Notes under the pieces: model-generated
Databases searched by the model: none
What the model was told of the DNA's origin: nothing
The model's input: only the letters and a program-made list of their open reading frames with translations
In this document: one piece after another, positions 27,865 to 37,606 of the stretch
Position numbering within the stretch: position 1 is the first letter of the stretch
Layout of the letters: the number at the start of each line of letters is the position of its first letter
Translations under genes and position numbers: made by a program
NCBI GenBank assembly: GCA_047150005.1
Contig: AP038806.1
Span: forward strand, 1,312,001 to 1,376,000
Source of the DNA: Nitrospira sp.
GTDB lineage: Bacteria; Nitrospirota; Nitrospiria; Nitrospirales; Nitrospiraceae
DNA length: 64,000 nt
Reading direction: 5' to 3'

Positions 27865-30800
27865 TTACTTGGAGGCGCGTTTGGACTCGACCGCGCCGGA
27901 TTGGAGAGATGGAATCGCGACAACTACGTCCTGTCCGGGATCCCCGCCTTGATCCTTTCCGTCTCGGCCGACGCTATACAACAGACGCTTCTCCTGGTTG
28001 ATCAACATGGGAAATCCGGTGAACGGGTCATAGTACGCTTGCCCGGCCTTGGCAAGACGCGTCAGCACATCTCCTTCCTGAGGTCCACGACGAACCCAGA
28101 GTTGCAAGCTGGCCAGTCGCAATTGCGCATCGGTTTCGACCATCCGTCCCACATACGAGTCCCAGGAGGGTAAGGGGTCGATGCCGATGACGTGCTCGAG
28201 GGGATTGGCCCAGTAGTCGACGAAGCTCATGGCGGAGGTCCTGACAAACTGCGACCGTTTGGGAAGATTGACGTACCGCCCCTCTGCGACGGCCTTGTTG
28301 GCTGCTTCATAGTATTCAGCGTAGGCGTTTGCGCGCCGCTGCACAGGCAAAGGCATGGCGGCCGCCATCGACACGTAGAGCGGATGTGCTTCTGTCCGGT
28401 ATTTCTTCAGGTCGGCCGCGACGTTTCGTGTGGCCCAGGCAAACTGGCTCTGCATTGGCCATCGGACGGACAGCTCCAGTTGATCAAGGGGGCGCACGAT
28501 CTTGGACAGGCGATTGATCACCGCCGCATCCGCATCGGAACGGGTCAAAACCGACGAAGCCAACCTCACATCATCCTGCACCGCGGCGACTGCCAGCATC
28601 TTCATCATGAGTGTCTTGGATTGCCCGAGCACCGCTCTCCACGACTCCATGTCTTTCTCCAGTCTCGTTACCCCCGAAACCAGATCCTGATTGAAGCCCT
28701 CCATGAGATACAATCGGTGGGTCAGGAGCATGTGCGCGCAATTCGGACTGAGCATCTGCCCGAATCCCCAATCATCAAACGGCATCCCCAAGTACTGCTG
28801 ATATCTGGAAAGCGACGTCGTCTCCTTGGCCAGAAGGGATCGAAGCGCATCTGATCCGGCTTTCGCTTGCACGATAGGGTCGGCGCGTTTGAACCAGCCG
28901 TCTACGATGCCGGACCCCGACCCCGTACCGGATGCCGCGGTCTTGACCTCGTGCTCCGACATACACCCTTGAGATTGTGAGAGGTCTTGCTCATCCGGCT
29001 TACGTTCATATCCAACCTTCAACGGATCGCCGCCTGATGGAGCGTCGAAGCCCAGCAGCAGAAGGTAGCCATTACTCTTGGGATCGGTAATCGTCCGCTG
29101 CGGACCCGAGGTGAGAGTCTGATAACGCGGTGTCGGGGCTTCTTCCATTGCGATCCACGAGACGGCAAGTACTCCTACACCAAGCGCGAGGACGACCAGG
29201 CTGAGAATTGCCAGACTGACACACAACAACACGAATGCCCTGGTCGTCGAAAAGCAGGAGCCGAGGAGGGATGTGACGGTAAAACGCAGCCGCGCCAAGC
29301 GGGCGGACCATCGGAGAGCAGACCTCGGTGGTGTCGTATGTTCCGTCGTCTGAATGGCCTGACCTTGACCGCTCCCTCCAAAGAGCGCGTCGACGGCGGC
29401 GGCAACTGACGAGCGGCTCGGTTCCTCGAACGATCCGAACGATTCGGATCGGAGAAGCGGCATCGCAGATGCCGGCGCCGCAGGTTGCGCAAGCACAATC
29501 GCATCACTGGCTTGTACCCATTCCGGCCTCGTATCCTGCGGTGGCGGGACGGGCTCTTCCTCGGCAGGTCCCGGGAGCACGGTTGCGACTGTTTTATCCG
29601 CTCCGGTTGCTTCCCATCCCTGCGACAACTCGGAGACCGATTCGGTCGGTGCGTCCGCGCTTGCCGCGGGTCGCGGAGGTTCGCTCAAGTCGACCGATTG
29701 AGCCGCCCATGTCTTCTTTTCAACGGTCGGACGGTAATGTTGCACCGCGACCTCCCCGGTGTTCCACCAAGCGTCCGTTTCGCTCGAGGGAGTCGCGGTC
29801 CCTGTCGTCGCATTCGCCCCGGCAACATCCGGCGACATGTCCTTCACGAGTGGTTCCTGGACGTGAGCCGACTCCGTGAGAGCAGCGGCAGGAACGGTCT
29901 CCGTGTCGGGGGCAAGCCGGAACTCGGGAGAAGGCTTCTGCAGAGCGGCATCGAATTGGGCTGGTTCCGACGGAACGTTGTCCGCTCCCTGGTTCTCGAC
30001 GGTCCGACCCATCGGATCGCCGACCGCAGGGGAAGAAGCGACGGCATCCACACCCGCCGGTTCTAGAATCCGAGGCTCCTCGACCGGACTAGGCTCCGAA
30101 AGTTCCGAACTCGATTGGAGGCTCGTCGCCTGAGTCCAGAGGGGCTCCGGAACCCCGCTTTGCCGTTGGGGATCACTCGACGACGGCATGACAGGCGTGG
30201 TCGGTGCGATCGAAAATTCGAGCGGCGGCGCGGGCACAGAGGTTTCGACTTCTTGAGCACCGGCTGACGGCATGGAGGGGGGTTCAGAGGTCTCGACCAG
30301 CCTGTCCAGCAGCGCAGGCGGGACGTCCGACTCGGCCGCTACCGTCGATTCTGGTTCTTTCGGTATATCCGGAGTACCGGGGGCCGTCGTACCGACTGCA
30401 ATCTTCCAAGCAGAGTCGAAGATTGCGTTCCAGGAAAAGGACAAGGATGACGAAGGGGTAGGAGAGGGCTGAGATTCACCCGTGGATTCGGCCGGTTGAA
30501 TGATCGGCTCGGCTCCGATCACGCCTCGTTGGTCGATAGCGGCAGGGTACTCACTGGATGTGGGAGGAGAGAGCGGAATGGATGAAGACTCCGTGGATAA
30601 GGCCGGGGACGAGGCCGGCTCGGATTCGAGAATCGCCGGCTTGTCGGCGGACGACTCCGCCACGACCGGAGGCTCCGTGACGACCGGAGGCTCCGGCTCG
30701 ACAATCTCAAGACCCGGATCCGCGACATGTTCCCAAGGCATCCGCGACGGCATCGACGGAGGCTCGGTCGCGGGCGCATCGGCCGAATTTACGGAATCGA

Positions 30801-31809
30801 AAACCGATTCCGATATCGAGAGGCTCGGCGAAACGGATGCGAGGTCCGGCTCATAGCGCGGCAGGACCGGATCGGGTGACTCCTCAGGCGACCGGTCCAA
30901 TGCCGTTTGTGATTCCACCACGACGGCTTCGTGTTCCGACGGCAAACCGAAAGCGGAAGCGCCTGCGGACAGAGCCGGAACCGCAAGAGGCGATGGCGGC
31001 CTCTCCACGAGCGGCACTTCCATCTCCCGTACGGGAGGTGTGGACGCCAAGGCTGTCGAGTGATCTTCCAAGGAAGACATGGAAGCGGGAGAAGAAACCG
31101 GCGGCACCGACTCGTCCAGACGTTCCCATGGCATGACCTCCGTCATAGGGTTCGTCCTGTCCGAGATCGTCGAAGCATCACCCTGCGGAGGGTCTTCTCC
31201 ATCGCGCAGCGGCTCGCCTTCACGAGGTTGTCGTCGAAATTCGCCCGTCTGGATATCGAACGAGGAGGCGAACTGAAAGGCGACGGGACTGGCGGGGGCC
31301 AGCTCTCTGATCCTTCCGTAGAGCTGAGAAGGTTTCTGAGGGTGGTCAGGATCGGGGTCTTCCAATAGAATTTCGATCGCTTTTCCCAGTTCGGCCACGG
31401 CCGCCATCGCGTCCCCTTTTTCCTCGTACACATGGGCCAGGAGTTCGAGAAAGGGTATGCACCGAGGGCCGGCCGCGAGATACTCTCGCAGGAGGGATTC
31501 GGCGAGCCAGTAATCCTGTCTCCCGATCGCCTCATTGGCCAACGATTCAAACGCCTCCCTTGCCGTCACGAGGCTGCCCAGTCGAAGGTGCAGTGTGGCA
31601 AAGAGGCGGCGAGCCTCCATGTTTTGGGGATCGAGCACCAGGAGTTCTTTGAGCGTGGCGGACGACCGGCCGTACTTGCCGGCGTTCATGTGAGTGATGG
31701 CTTCTTCGAGGAGAGCGCTTTTCTTGCTGTACCCGACGACGCCCTGCTTGGGTCCTTTAGCCCCGGGTTTCTTGTCGGGTTTGTGTGATGCTCGTTTGTC
31801 GGTCCGCAC
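27865..31809 (-). CDS. Large protein: N-terminal TPRs, Pro/Ser/Glu-rich linker, TM helix, C-terminal extracytoplasmic domain
   Basis: TPR-like helices in roughly the first 190 aa, a long low-complexity middle, hydrophobic FVLLCVSLAILSLVVLALGVGVLAV, and C-terminal DPFTG...LYSVGRDGKDQGG. Confidence 0.8.
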   Translation of the reverse strand: MRTDKRASHKPDKKPGAKGPKQGVVGYSKKSALLEEAITHMNAGKYGRSSATLKELLVLDPQNMEARRLFATLHLRLGSLVTAREAFESLANEAIGRQDYWLAESLLREYLAAGPRCIPFLELLAHVYEEKGDAMAAVAELGKAIEILLEDPDPDHPQKPSQLYGRIRELAPASPVAFQFASSFDIQTGEFRRQPREGEPLRDGEDPPQGDASTISDRTNPMTEVMPWERLDESVPPVSSPASMSSLEDHSTALASTPPVREMEVPLVERPPSPLAVPALSAGASAFGLPSEHEAVVVESQTALDRSPEESPDPVLPRYEPDLASVSPSLSISESVFDSVNSADAPATEPPSMPSRMPWEHVADPGLEIVEPEPPVVTEPPVVAESSADKPAILESEPASSPALSTESSSIPLSPPTSSEYPAAIDQRGVIGAEPIIQPAESTGESQPSPTPSSSLSFSWNAIFDSAWKIAVGTTAPGTPDIPKEPESTVAAESDVPPALLDRLVETSEPPSMPSAGAQEVETSVPAPPLEFSIAPTTPVMPSSSDPQRQSGVPEPLWTQATSLQSSSELSEPSPVEEPRILEPAGVDAVASSPAVGDPMGRTVENQGADNVPSEPAQFDAALQKPSPEFRLAPDTETVPAAALTESAHVQEPLVKDMSPDVAGANATTGTATPSSETDAWWNTGEVAVQHYRPTVEKKTWAAQSVDLSEPPRPAASADAPTESVSELSQGWEATGADKTVATVLPGPAEEEPVPPPQDTRPEWVQASDAIVLAQPAAPASAMPLLRSESFGSFEEPSRSSVAAAVDALFGGSGQGQAIQTTEHTTPPRSALRWSARLARLRFTVTSLLGSCFSTTRAFVLLCVSLAILSLVVLALGVGVLAVSWIAMEEAPTPRYQTLTSGPQRTITDPKSNGYLLLLGFDAPSGGDPLKVGYERKPDEQDLSQSQGCMSEHEVKTAASGTGSGSGIVDGWFKRADPIVQAKAGSDALRSLLAKETTSLSRYQQYLGMPFDDWGFGQMLSPNCAHMLLTHRLYLMEGFNQDLVSGVTRLEKDMESWRAVLGQSKTLMMKMLAVAAVQDDVRLASSVLTRSDADAAVINRLSKIVRPLDQLELSVRWPMQSQFAWATRNVAADLKKYRTEAHPLYVSMAAAMPLPVQRRANAYAEYYEAANKAVAEGRYVNLPKRSQFVRTSAMSFVDYWANPLEHVIGIDPLPSWDSYVGRMVETDAQLRLASLQLWVRRGPQEGDVLTRLAKAGQAYYDPFTGFPMLINQEKRLLYSVGRDGKDQGGDPGQDVVVAIPSLQSGAVESKRASK

Positions 31810-31924
31810 GTTTCAACCTTACCAGATGATGGCTTGCACGCAGTGGTTCCGCCGCTTGCTCGAGCCTCGGCTCGATCGCGTGATTCGACTATGTCCGTGC
31901 GGAGTGAGGAACCGGATTGGCTTG

Positions 31925-31940
31925 TGCAATCCTGATGCCA
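31925..31940 (-). promoter_or_regulatory. Sigma-54 -24/-12 promoter upstream of the TPR protein
   Basis: Minus strand TGGCATCAGGATTGCA is near-consensus, about 115 nt upstream of the GTG start. Confidence 0.7.
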
Positions 31941-32232
31941 TTGTGGCGCGAATGCCCGCAAGGATGAGCCTTTAATTCCGGTCGGTTAGCCCGATCCTGT
32001 TCTCCTGGTTTCTTATTTTTCTTCCAAAAATGCACATCCCAGTCGAGAATGATCGGAGGGCCATCAGGGTCAGCACGGAGTCGACATCCCCTTGCAGGGC
32101 CTCTCTCGGAAACAGGTTCCCGAGAGGACACTGGTCCCTGAAGGTTGTGTCACGAGAAGGCTTGTGGTAGCGTCAAGCCCTTATTGCTCCGTGAATGCCC
32201 ATGATGGGATTTGGGTCAATTGCGAGAGACCG

Positions 32233-33834
32233 ATGCGCATTCGGGCTTTTTCATGGTTCATGGTCTTGCGAGGAGCCATTGCGCTCGCCCTGTTACTGGT
32301 GTGCGAGACCTCCCTGCCGCCTATCGCCAACGGAGAAACCGCGCCGCCCTCCCCCGGTCGAGTCAGTCTTGACTTCAATGAAGTGGAACTGCCCGTCTTC
32401 GTGCGGTTTATCAGCGAACTGACGGGGAAGAACTTCGTTCTCGACGATAATGTGAAGAAGGCCGGCGGAAAGATCACCGTCTTTTCCCCGACCAAGGTCA
32501 ACCAGGAGCAGGCCTATAACCTCTTTGTTTCGGCGCTGGAAGTGAGTCGGTTGGCGGTCGTTCCGAAAGGCTCCGTCTATCAGATCGTCCCGATGGGGGA
32601 ATTGCCGCCGGAACGAGGGGTCTTCGTGTACAAGTTGAAGCATGCGAACGCGACGGACCTTGCCGCCGTGTTGACGAATCTGGTGGCCCGGTCTCAAACG
32701 GTAGCCCAGATCACACCGGGCACCCGACCACCCATCAGGCCGCTGACGGAATTTGAGGCGCCGGTTCAAGTCTTCGCGGACAAGGCGACCAATGCCATAA
32801 TCATTAGTTCGACCAAAGCCGCCTACAGCAAGTTGCAGGCTGTCATCCGCGATTTGGATACCCGCCGCAAACAAGTCTTTGTCGAGGCCGTGATCCTTGA
32901 GGTCCAGGTCGACCGTCTCAAGCAGATCGGAACCGATCCTGTCCAGTTGATCGGCGTCGGAAAAAGTGGAAACGTCCAGGGTATCGTCGGAGTCAATACG
33001 GCCCCCGAAAACCTTTCCACTATCGCGCAAACCATCCTCGGCCTGGGCGCCGACGCATCGACCGGGGGAGCCTTGTCGGTACTGAACACCGTCAACGTTC
33101 GGGCGTTCCTGCAGTTGCTCATGAACCTCACCGACACGAACATTCTTTCCACGCCGCAGGTCCTGGCCGCGGATAATCAAAAGGCCAAAATTGTGGTCGG
33201 AGAAAATCGGCCCTTCCCCACAGGGCAAGCACAAGGCATCACAGGCGGTACCCTCGTCACGATCGAGCGCAAAGACGTCGGCGTCACGTTGGAGTTGACT
33301 CCCCAGGTGCTCGAAGACGACATGATCCGTTTGGAGATCAAGCAGGAGATCACGGCCATTGCTGAGAACGTCGCCCAGACTATTGGAAGCGGCACCTCGA
33401 GCGTACCCGTCGGACCCACCACCACCAAACGCTCGATGGAAACAACGACGGTGGCCAAAGATCAGCAAACACTGGTGGTCGGAGGATTGGTACGGGACAA
33501 TATCGTCATCAGCGAGCGCAAGATTCCGATGCTCGGCGATATTCCCTATTTGGGCTGGCTGTTCAAATTTCAGGGCCGCGCGACCGAAAAACTCAACTTG
33601 CTGGTCTTTCTGACGCCGACCCTCGTCAGGGACGACGTCGACGTGGTCGATCTGAATGCGAGGAAGGCGACAGAGCTCAGCACATTCCAGCGCGAGAACC
33701 GGATCGAGGAACCCACGAGATTGAAACAGGAAGTTCTGGAGAAACTCGAACGTCAGGGCATACCGACTCGACCGCTCCCCCCATCCTCCACCAGCCCATC
33801 CGGAAGCGCCGCGCCGGCGGCGAGACCGGAGTGA
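32233..33834 (+). CDS. Secretin, GspD-like, with a shortened N-terminal region
   Basis: Signal peptide; N0 (LDFNEVEL..FVRFISELTGKNF), one N domain (LKHANA...ADKATNAII), QVFVEAVILEV, NILSTP, KIPMLGDIPYLGWLF. Confidence 0.9.
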   Translation: MRIRAFSWFMVLRGAIALALLLVCETSLPPIANGETAPPSPGRVSLDFNEVELPVFVRFISELTGKNFVLDDNVKKAGGKITVFSPTKVNQEQAYNLFVSALEVSRLAVVPKGSVYQIVPMGELPPERGVFVYKLKHANATDLAAVLTNLVARSQTVAQITPGTRPPIRPLTEFEAPVQVFADKATNAIIISSTKAAYSKLQAVIRDLDTRRKQVFVEAVILEVQVDRLKQIGTDPVQLIGVGKSGNVQGIVGVNTAPENLSTIAQTILGLGADASTGGALSVLNTVNVRAFLQLLMNLTDTNILSTPQVLAADNQKAKIVVGENRPFPTGQAQGITGGTLVTIERKDVGVTLELTPQVLEDDMIRLEIKQEITAIAENVAQTIGSGTSSVPVGPTTTKRSMETTTVAKDQQTLVVGGLVRDNIVISERKIPMLGDIPYLGWLFKFQGRATEKLNLLVFLTPTLVRDDVDVVDLNARKATELSTFQRENRIEEPTRLKQEVLEKLERQGIPTRPLPPSSTSPSGSAAPAARPE

Positions 33835-34005
33835 TGCGCACAGGTCTGCAATTCCGCACGTGAGTCTTCCCCAGTTTCCCGAGCTTTCGATCAACAGGGA
33901 ACCAGGAACATGCCCCTCTCGCAGTCTATCCGCTGACACGCCTTGATTAGACTCTTGAGAAGAGGTAGCTTCCTTCGTTCCATGCGGAAGCAGGAGAAAG
34001 AGGTG

Positions 34006-35088
34006 ATGCGGCTATTTCTCCTCTGGATCGTCGCGATGCTCTTCTGGCCCCAGAACCCCTCAGCATGGGAAAGTCTCGGTCATGAAGTGATTGCCGATGC
34101 CGCGCAAGAGCATCTCTCGCCTGAGACGACGAAGACCATCGCACAGATCCTCGGCCATGGCACGACGCTCCCCCCACATGCCTTGGCAAAAGCCTCGACA
34201 TGGCCGGATCAGATCCGGGATCTCCAACGACACGGGGTCGCTGCGTCCAAACTGACCGAGCACGAGTTGAAAGAAGCTCAGGCGTTCAATACAGCCTTTC
34301 CCGACCATGCCCAGTGGCATTTCGTGAATCTGCCGCTGGGAAGTGCGCACTATCCCGACGACGCGGATCTCGACGATCTCCTCACACCGTTTACAAATCC
34401 TCATGACATCGTGCAGATGCTCAATGTGTGCATTGAAACGCTCGAAACCGTCGGCGACGTAACCCCCTGGACAAAGGCCCAGGCGCTTCGGTGGCTCATT
34501 CATCTCGTAGGGGACGTCCATCAGCCCCTGCATGTCACAACTGGTTACTATCGGACCACGCACCAGGATCTGCCGAATCCGGTCCTGATTGAACATCCTC
34601 ACGATGCCGGTCAGGTTGGCGTACTGGGCGATCGCGGCGGGAACGATTTGCTATTCAGTGACTCAGCGAGGGATAACCTGCATGCGTTGTGGGATAGCTG
34701 CCTCGTCAAAGCCTTGGCCGGGATACGTGCGTGTGGAAAGACGCCCGCCCCTGAGGACGTCGCACGACTCGGTTACCTCATTGCCCAACGCATGACGCTG
34801 GCCTCCGCGTCGGACTATCGTTCATCGGGTGAGCATTTCAGCTGGGGAGCGCACTGGGCAACGGATTCACTCAAAACGGCACGCGCGTCGAAGGCCTATG
34901 AGTTTGTCCGGCGAAATGGGATTGTGCGGGATAGTCAACGCGCAGACGCGTCGATCCGTATGACGATTGACGCTCCCCCCACGAAAGCCGAATACAGCAC
35001 GAGCCATGAGCCCGTCGTCGCGGCACAATTGACGAAGGCAGCCGTTCGACTCGCCGACCTGTTGAATCACCTGGCCTGGAAACCATAG
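34006..35088 (+). CDS. Secreted S1/P1 family nuclease
   Basis: Signal peptide leaving an N-terminal W (WESLGH); WPD, WHFVN, HLVGDVHQPLH, NLHALWD, QLTKAAVRLADLLN. Confidence 0.9.
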   Translation: MRLFLLWIVAMLFWPQNPSAWESLGHEVIADAAQEHLSPETTKTIAQILGHGTTLPPHALAKASTWPDQIRDLQRHGVAASKLTEHELKEAQAFNTAFPDHAQWHFVNLPLGSAHYPDDADLDDLLTPFTNPHDIVQMLNVCIETLETVGDVTPWTKAQALRWLIHLVGDVHQPLHVTTGYYRTTHQDLPNPVLIEHPHDAGQVGVLGDRGGNDLLFSDSARDNLHALWDSCLVKALAGIRACGKTPAPEDVARLGYLIAQRMTLASASDYRSSGEHFSWGAHWATDSLKTARASKAYEFVRRNGIVRDSQRADASIRMTIDAPPTKAEYSTSHEPVVAAQLTKAAVRLADLLNHLAWKP

Positions 35089-35635
35089 GACGACCCTCGA
35101 TGGCCTATGAACACGAGGCCAGCAGCTTGCGCAAGATCAAAGCGGTTAGATGCCGCTGACGCTGCGGAAGAGCATAGCTGTCTACGCGCTGGAGGAATGC
35201 AGACACAGCCTTGGTACAGCGCATGTTCATCATCGATTGGCTTGAATGGACGCGTAATTGGTCGTCGCTCAGTGTACCGGATGTACTCGGTTACTTGCTT
35301 TCTCAGTTCGAGCGCCCATTGTTTTCGGATGGATGCAAGACAGAGAACCAAGGGTTCAAGTCCACAGCCGCGTCGAATAGCGACATGGACGACCGATCCA
35401 TGCCACTTGTAGCCTGCCGAGTCAGGTCATGAGCAAAATATTCGGCATGGTAGATGTAAGCATTTGAAGCAGAAGGATGCCCCTTTCCCCAAGCAATGGC
35501 AACTGCCTGGAACTTGGATAAACCTCCTAAAAAGAGATTCGAGAAACAGTCCAAACAAGCTATATACGACGGAGCTTGTGTGCACATCTGGGCTTCCTAG
35601 ACTTATTGATTGAGGGATCGGATGCCTACAACAAG

Positions 35636-37564
35636 ATGAGACTCGAATCAGTACGCATTAAGAATCTCCGATCCTTTGCCGATGTCACCGTCCCTTTCAA
35701 TGACTACACTTGCCTAGTGGGGCCAAATGGCTCTGGCAAATCGACCATCTTGTGCGCCCTCAACGTCTTTTTTCGTGAAACCGAGAACTCCGGCACTGAC
35801 CTGAGTCAGCTCGATCGTGAGGATTTTCATCAAAAGAATACCGCTGAACCAATAGAGATTACTGTCACATTCACAGACTTACGCCCTGAAGCCCAGCAGG
35901 ACTTTTCCAATTACTATCGTCAGGGAAAGCTCATCATTTCCGCAGTTGCTACTTTCAATGATGCCACCGGAAAAGCCGAGGTTAGACAGTACGGCCAGCG
36001 GCTCGCCATGCCGGGGTTCAAAGAATTTTTCCGAGCCGTTGGTGATAACAAGAAGGTCTCTGAACTAAAGACTCTTTATACTGAGATCCAGAAACACTTT
36101 GGCGATCTTCCAACCCCAGGCACGAAGGACGCCATGATCGAGGCTCTCCGCAAGTATGAAACCGATCACCCCGATCAATGCGAATTGATCGCGAGCGAAG
36201 ATCAGTTTTATGGGGTCTCCAAGGGTGCTAACCGTCTTGCACAATACATTCAGTGGGTTTACGTCCCCGCAGTCAAAGATGCAGCCACGGAACAGCTTGA
36301 GGCCAGAGACACAGCCCTCGGCAAACTGCTGGCGCGTACCGTTCGGGCGAAGACAAATTTTGAAGAGGCCGTCAAAGCTCTTCGCACTGGGATGCAGGAA
36401 CAATATCAACAGCTTCTCGATAAGAATCAGGAGGTTTTGAAGGAACTCTCAGATTCACTCCAGATCCGCTTAACCGAGTGGGCACACCCAGAAGCCACTT
36501 TGAAGCTTGAGTGGCGTCAAGATCCTGATAAATCTGTGCGGGTCGAAGAGCCATTAGCAAGAATCATCGCAGGAGAGGGCAATTTCGAGGGTGAACTCCC
36601 CAGATTCGGGCATGGCCTTCAGAGGTCCTACCTCCTTGCTTTGTTGCATGAACTCGCTAGTAGCGATGACAAGGCCACTCCGCGGCTTATTTTAGGGTGC
36701 GAAGAACCTGAGCTCTATCAACATCCCCCTCAGGCCAGACATCTAGCCACCGTCCTCCAAGACCTCAGTAAAGCCAACTCACAGGTTATTGTTTCGACCC
36801 ATAGTCCATTATTCGTCTCCGGCGAGGGATTTGAAGATGTCCGCATGGTCAGAAAAGATGCCATTCTAAAGCACTCGACAGTCACATATATGTCCTACAA
36901 AGACATAGCCGATGCCGTTGCAGCCGCCACGGGAGAACCGCCCAGTAAACCTCAGGGTGTTCTGGCAAAGATCCACCAAGCATTACAGCCTTCGCTCAAT
37001 GAGATGTTTTTCACCTCCCGTCTCGTATTGGTCGAGGGTCTTGAAGATGTTGCTTATCTGAGTTCCTACCTTCATCTCCTCAATAAATGGGACCAGTACC
37101 GACGCAGCGGTTGTCATATTGTCCCCGTGAATGGCAAGAGTGAGATGTTACGCCCGGTGGTGATTGCCAAACGGATCGGCACTCCAACCTTCGTTGTCTT
37201 TGATTCAGATGCCGATGAGCCGGATCCAGGCAAGAGGGCAAAACATGAGAAAGATAACAAAGCCCTGCTTGCGCTTCTAGGCAAGGCAAACGAAAACCCA
37301 TTACCCACAACCAGCTTGTGGGGCCCTGGGTTTGTCATGTGGCGATCAAATATTGGCTCGCTTGTTAGAGCAGAAATTGGTGCAGCTGAGTGGAGTGCCT
37401 TTCAAGCAGAAGCTGACAAGCAGTACGGCCATGCTGGCGGACTTCGGAAAAATACACTGCATATCGGGTTTTGTCTTGCCCAAGCTTGGGAATCAGGCAA
37501 AAGGTCGCCGAGTCTCGAACGCCTGTGTAATGAGATTTTGAATCCAGCCGTCAGTGTACAGTGA
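35636..37564 (+). CDS. OLD-family ATP-dependent endonuclease (ABC ATPase + TOPRIM)
   Basis: IKNLRSF, Walker A GPNGSGKS, GHGLQR signature, EEPELYQHP, STHSP; TOPRIM VEGLED and FDSD. Confidence 0.9.
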   Translation: MRLESVRIKNLRSFADVTVPFNDYTCLVGPNGSGKSTILCALNVFFRETENSGTDLSQLDREDFHQKNTAEPIEITVTFTDLRPEAQQDFSNYYRQGKLIISAVATFNDATGKAEVRQYGQRLAMPGFKEFFRAVGDNKKVSELKTLYTEIQKHFGDLPTPGTKDAMIEALRKYETDHPDQCELIASEDQFYGVSKGANRLAQYIQWVYVPAVKDAATEQLEARDTALGKLLARTVRAKTNFEEAVKALRTGMQEQYQQLLDKNQEVLKELSDSLQIRLTEWAHPEATLKLEWRQDPDKSVRVEEPLARIIAGEGNFEGELPRFGHGLQRSYLLALLHELASSDDKATPRLILGCEEPELYQHPPQARHLATVLQDLSKANSQVIVSTHSPLFVSGEGFEDVRMVRKDAILKHSTVTYMSYKDIADAVAAATGEPPSKPQGVLAKIHQALQPSLNEMFFTSRLVLVEGLEDVAYLSSYLHLLNKWDQYRRSGCHIVPVNGKSEMLRPVVIAKRIGTPTFVVFDSDADEPDPGKRAKHEKDNKALLALLGKANENPLPTTSLWGPGFVMWRSNIGSLVRAEIGAAEWSAFQAEADKQYGHAGGLRKNTLHIGFCLAQAWESGKRSPSLERLCNEILNPAVSVQ

Positions 37565-37606
37565 CAACCGTGTTTCCGGGGAAATGGCCAACTGAGAAGA
37601 CACAAT

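Noticed and set aside
30662..30695. Tandem 18-nt-period repeat ACGACCGGAGGCTCCG
   Set aside because: It is an in-frame EPPVV duplication in a low-complexity linker, with only two copies.
33835..35635. attL/attR duplication of the tRNA-His 3' end, or an integrase
   Set aside because: No copy of TGGGGTGGATG and no recombinase ORF was found by eye, so active mobility is unsupported.
35089..35635. Short ORFs in the spacer before the OLD gene
   Set aside because: They overlap in several frames with no recognisable motif or clear RBS.
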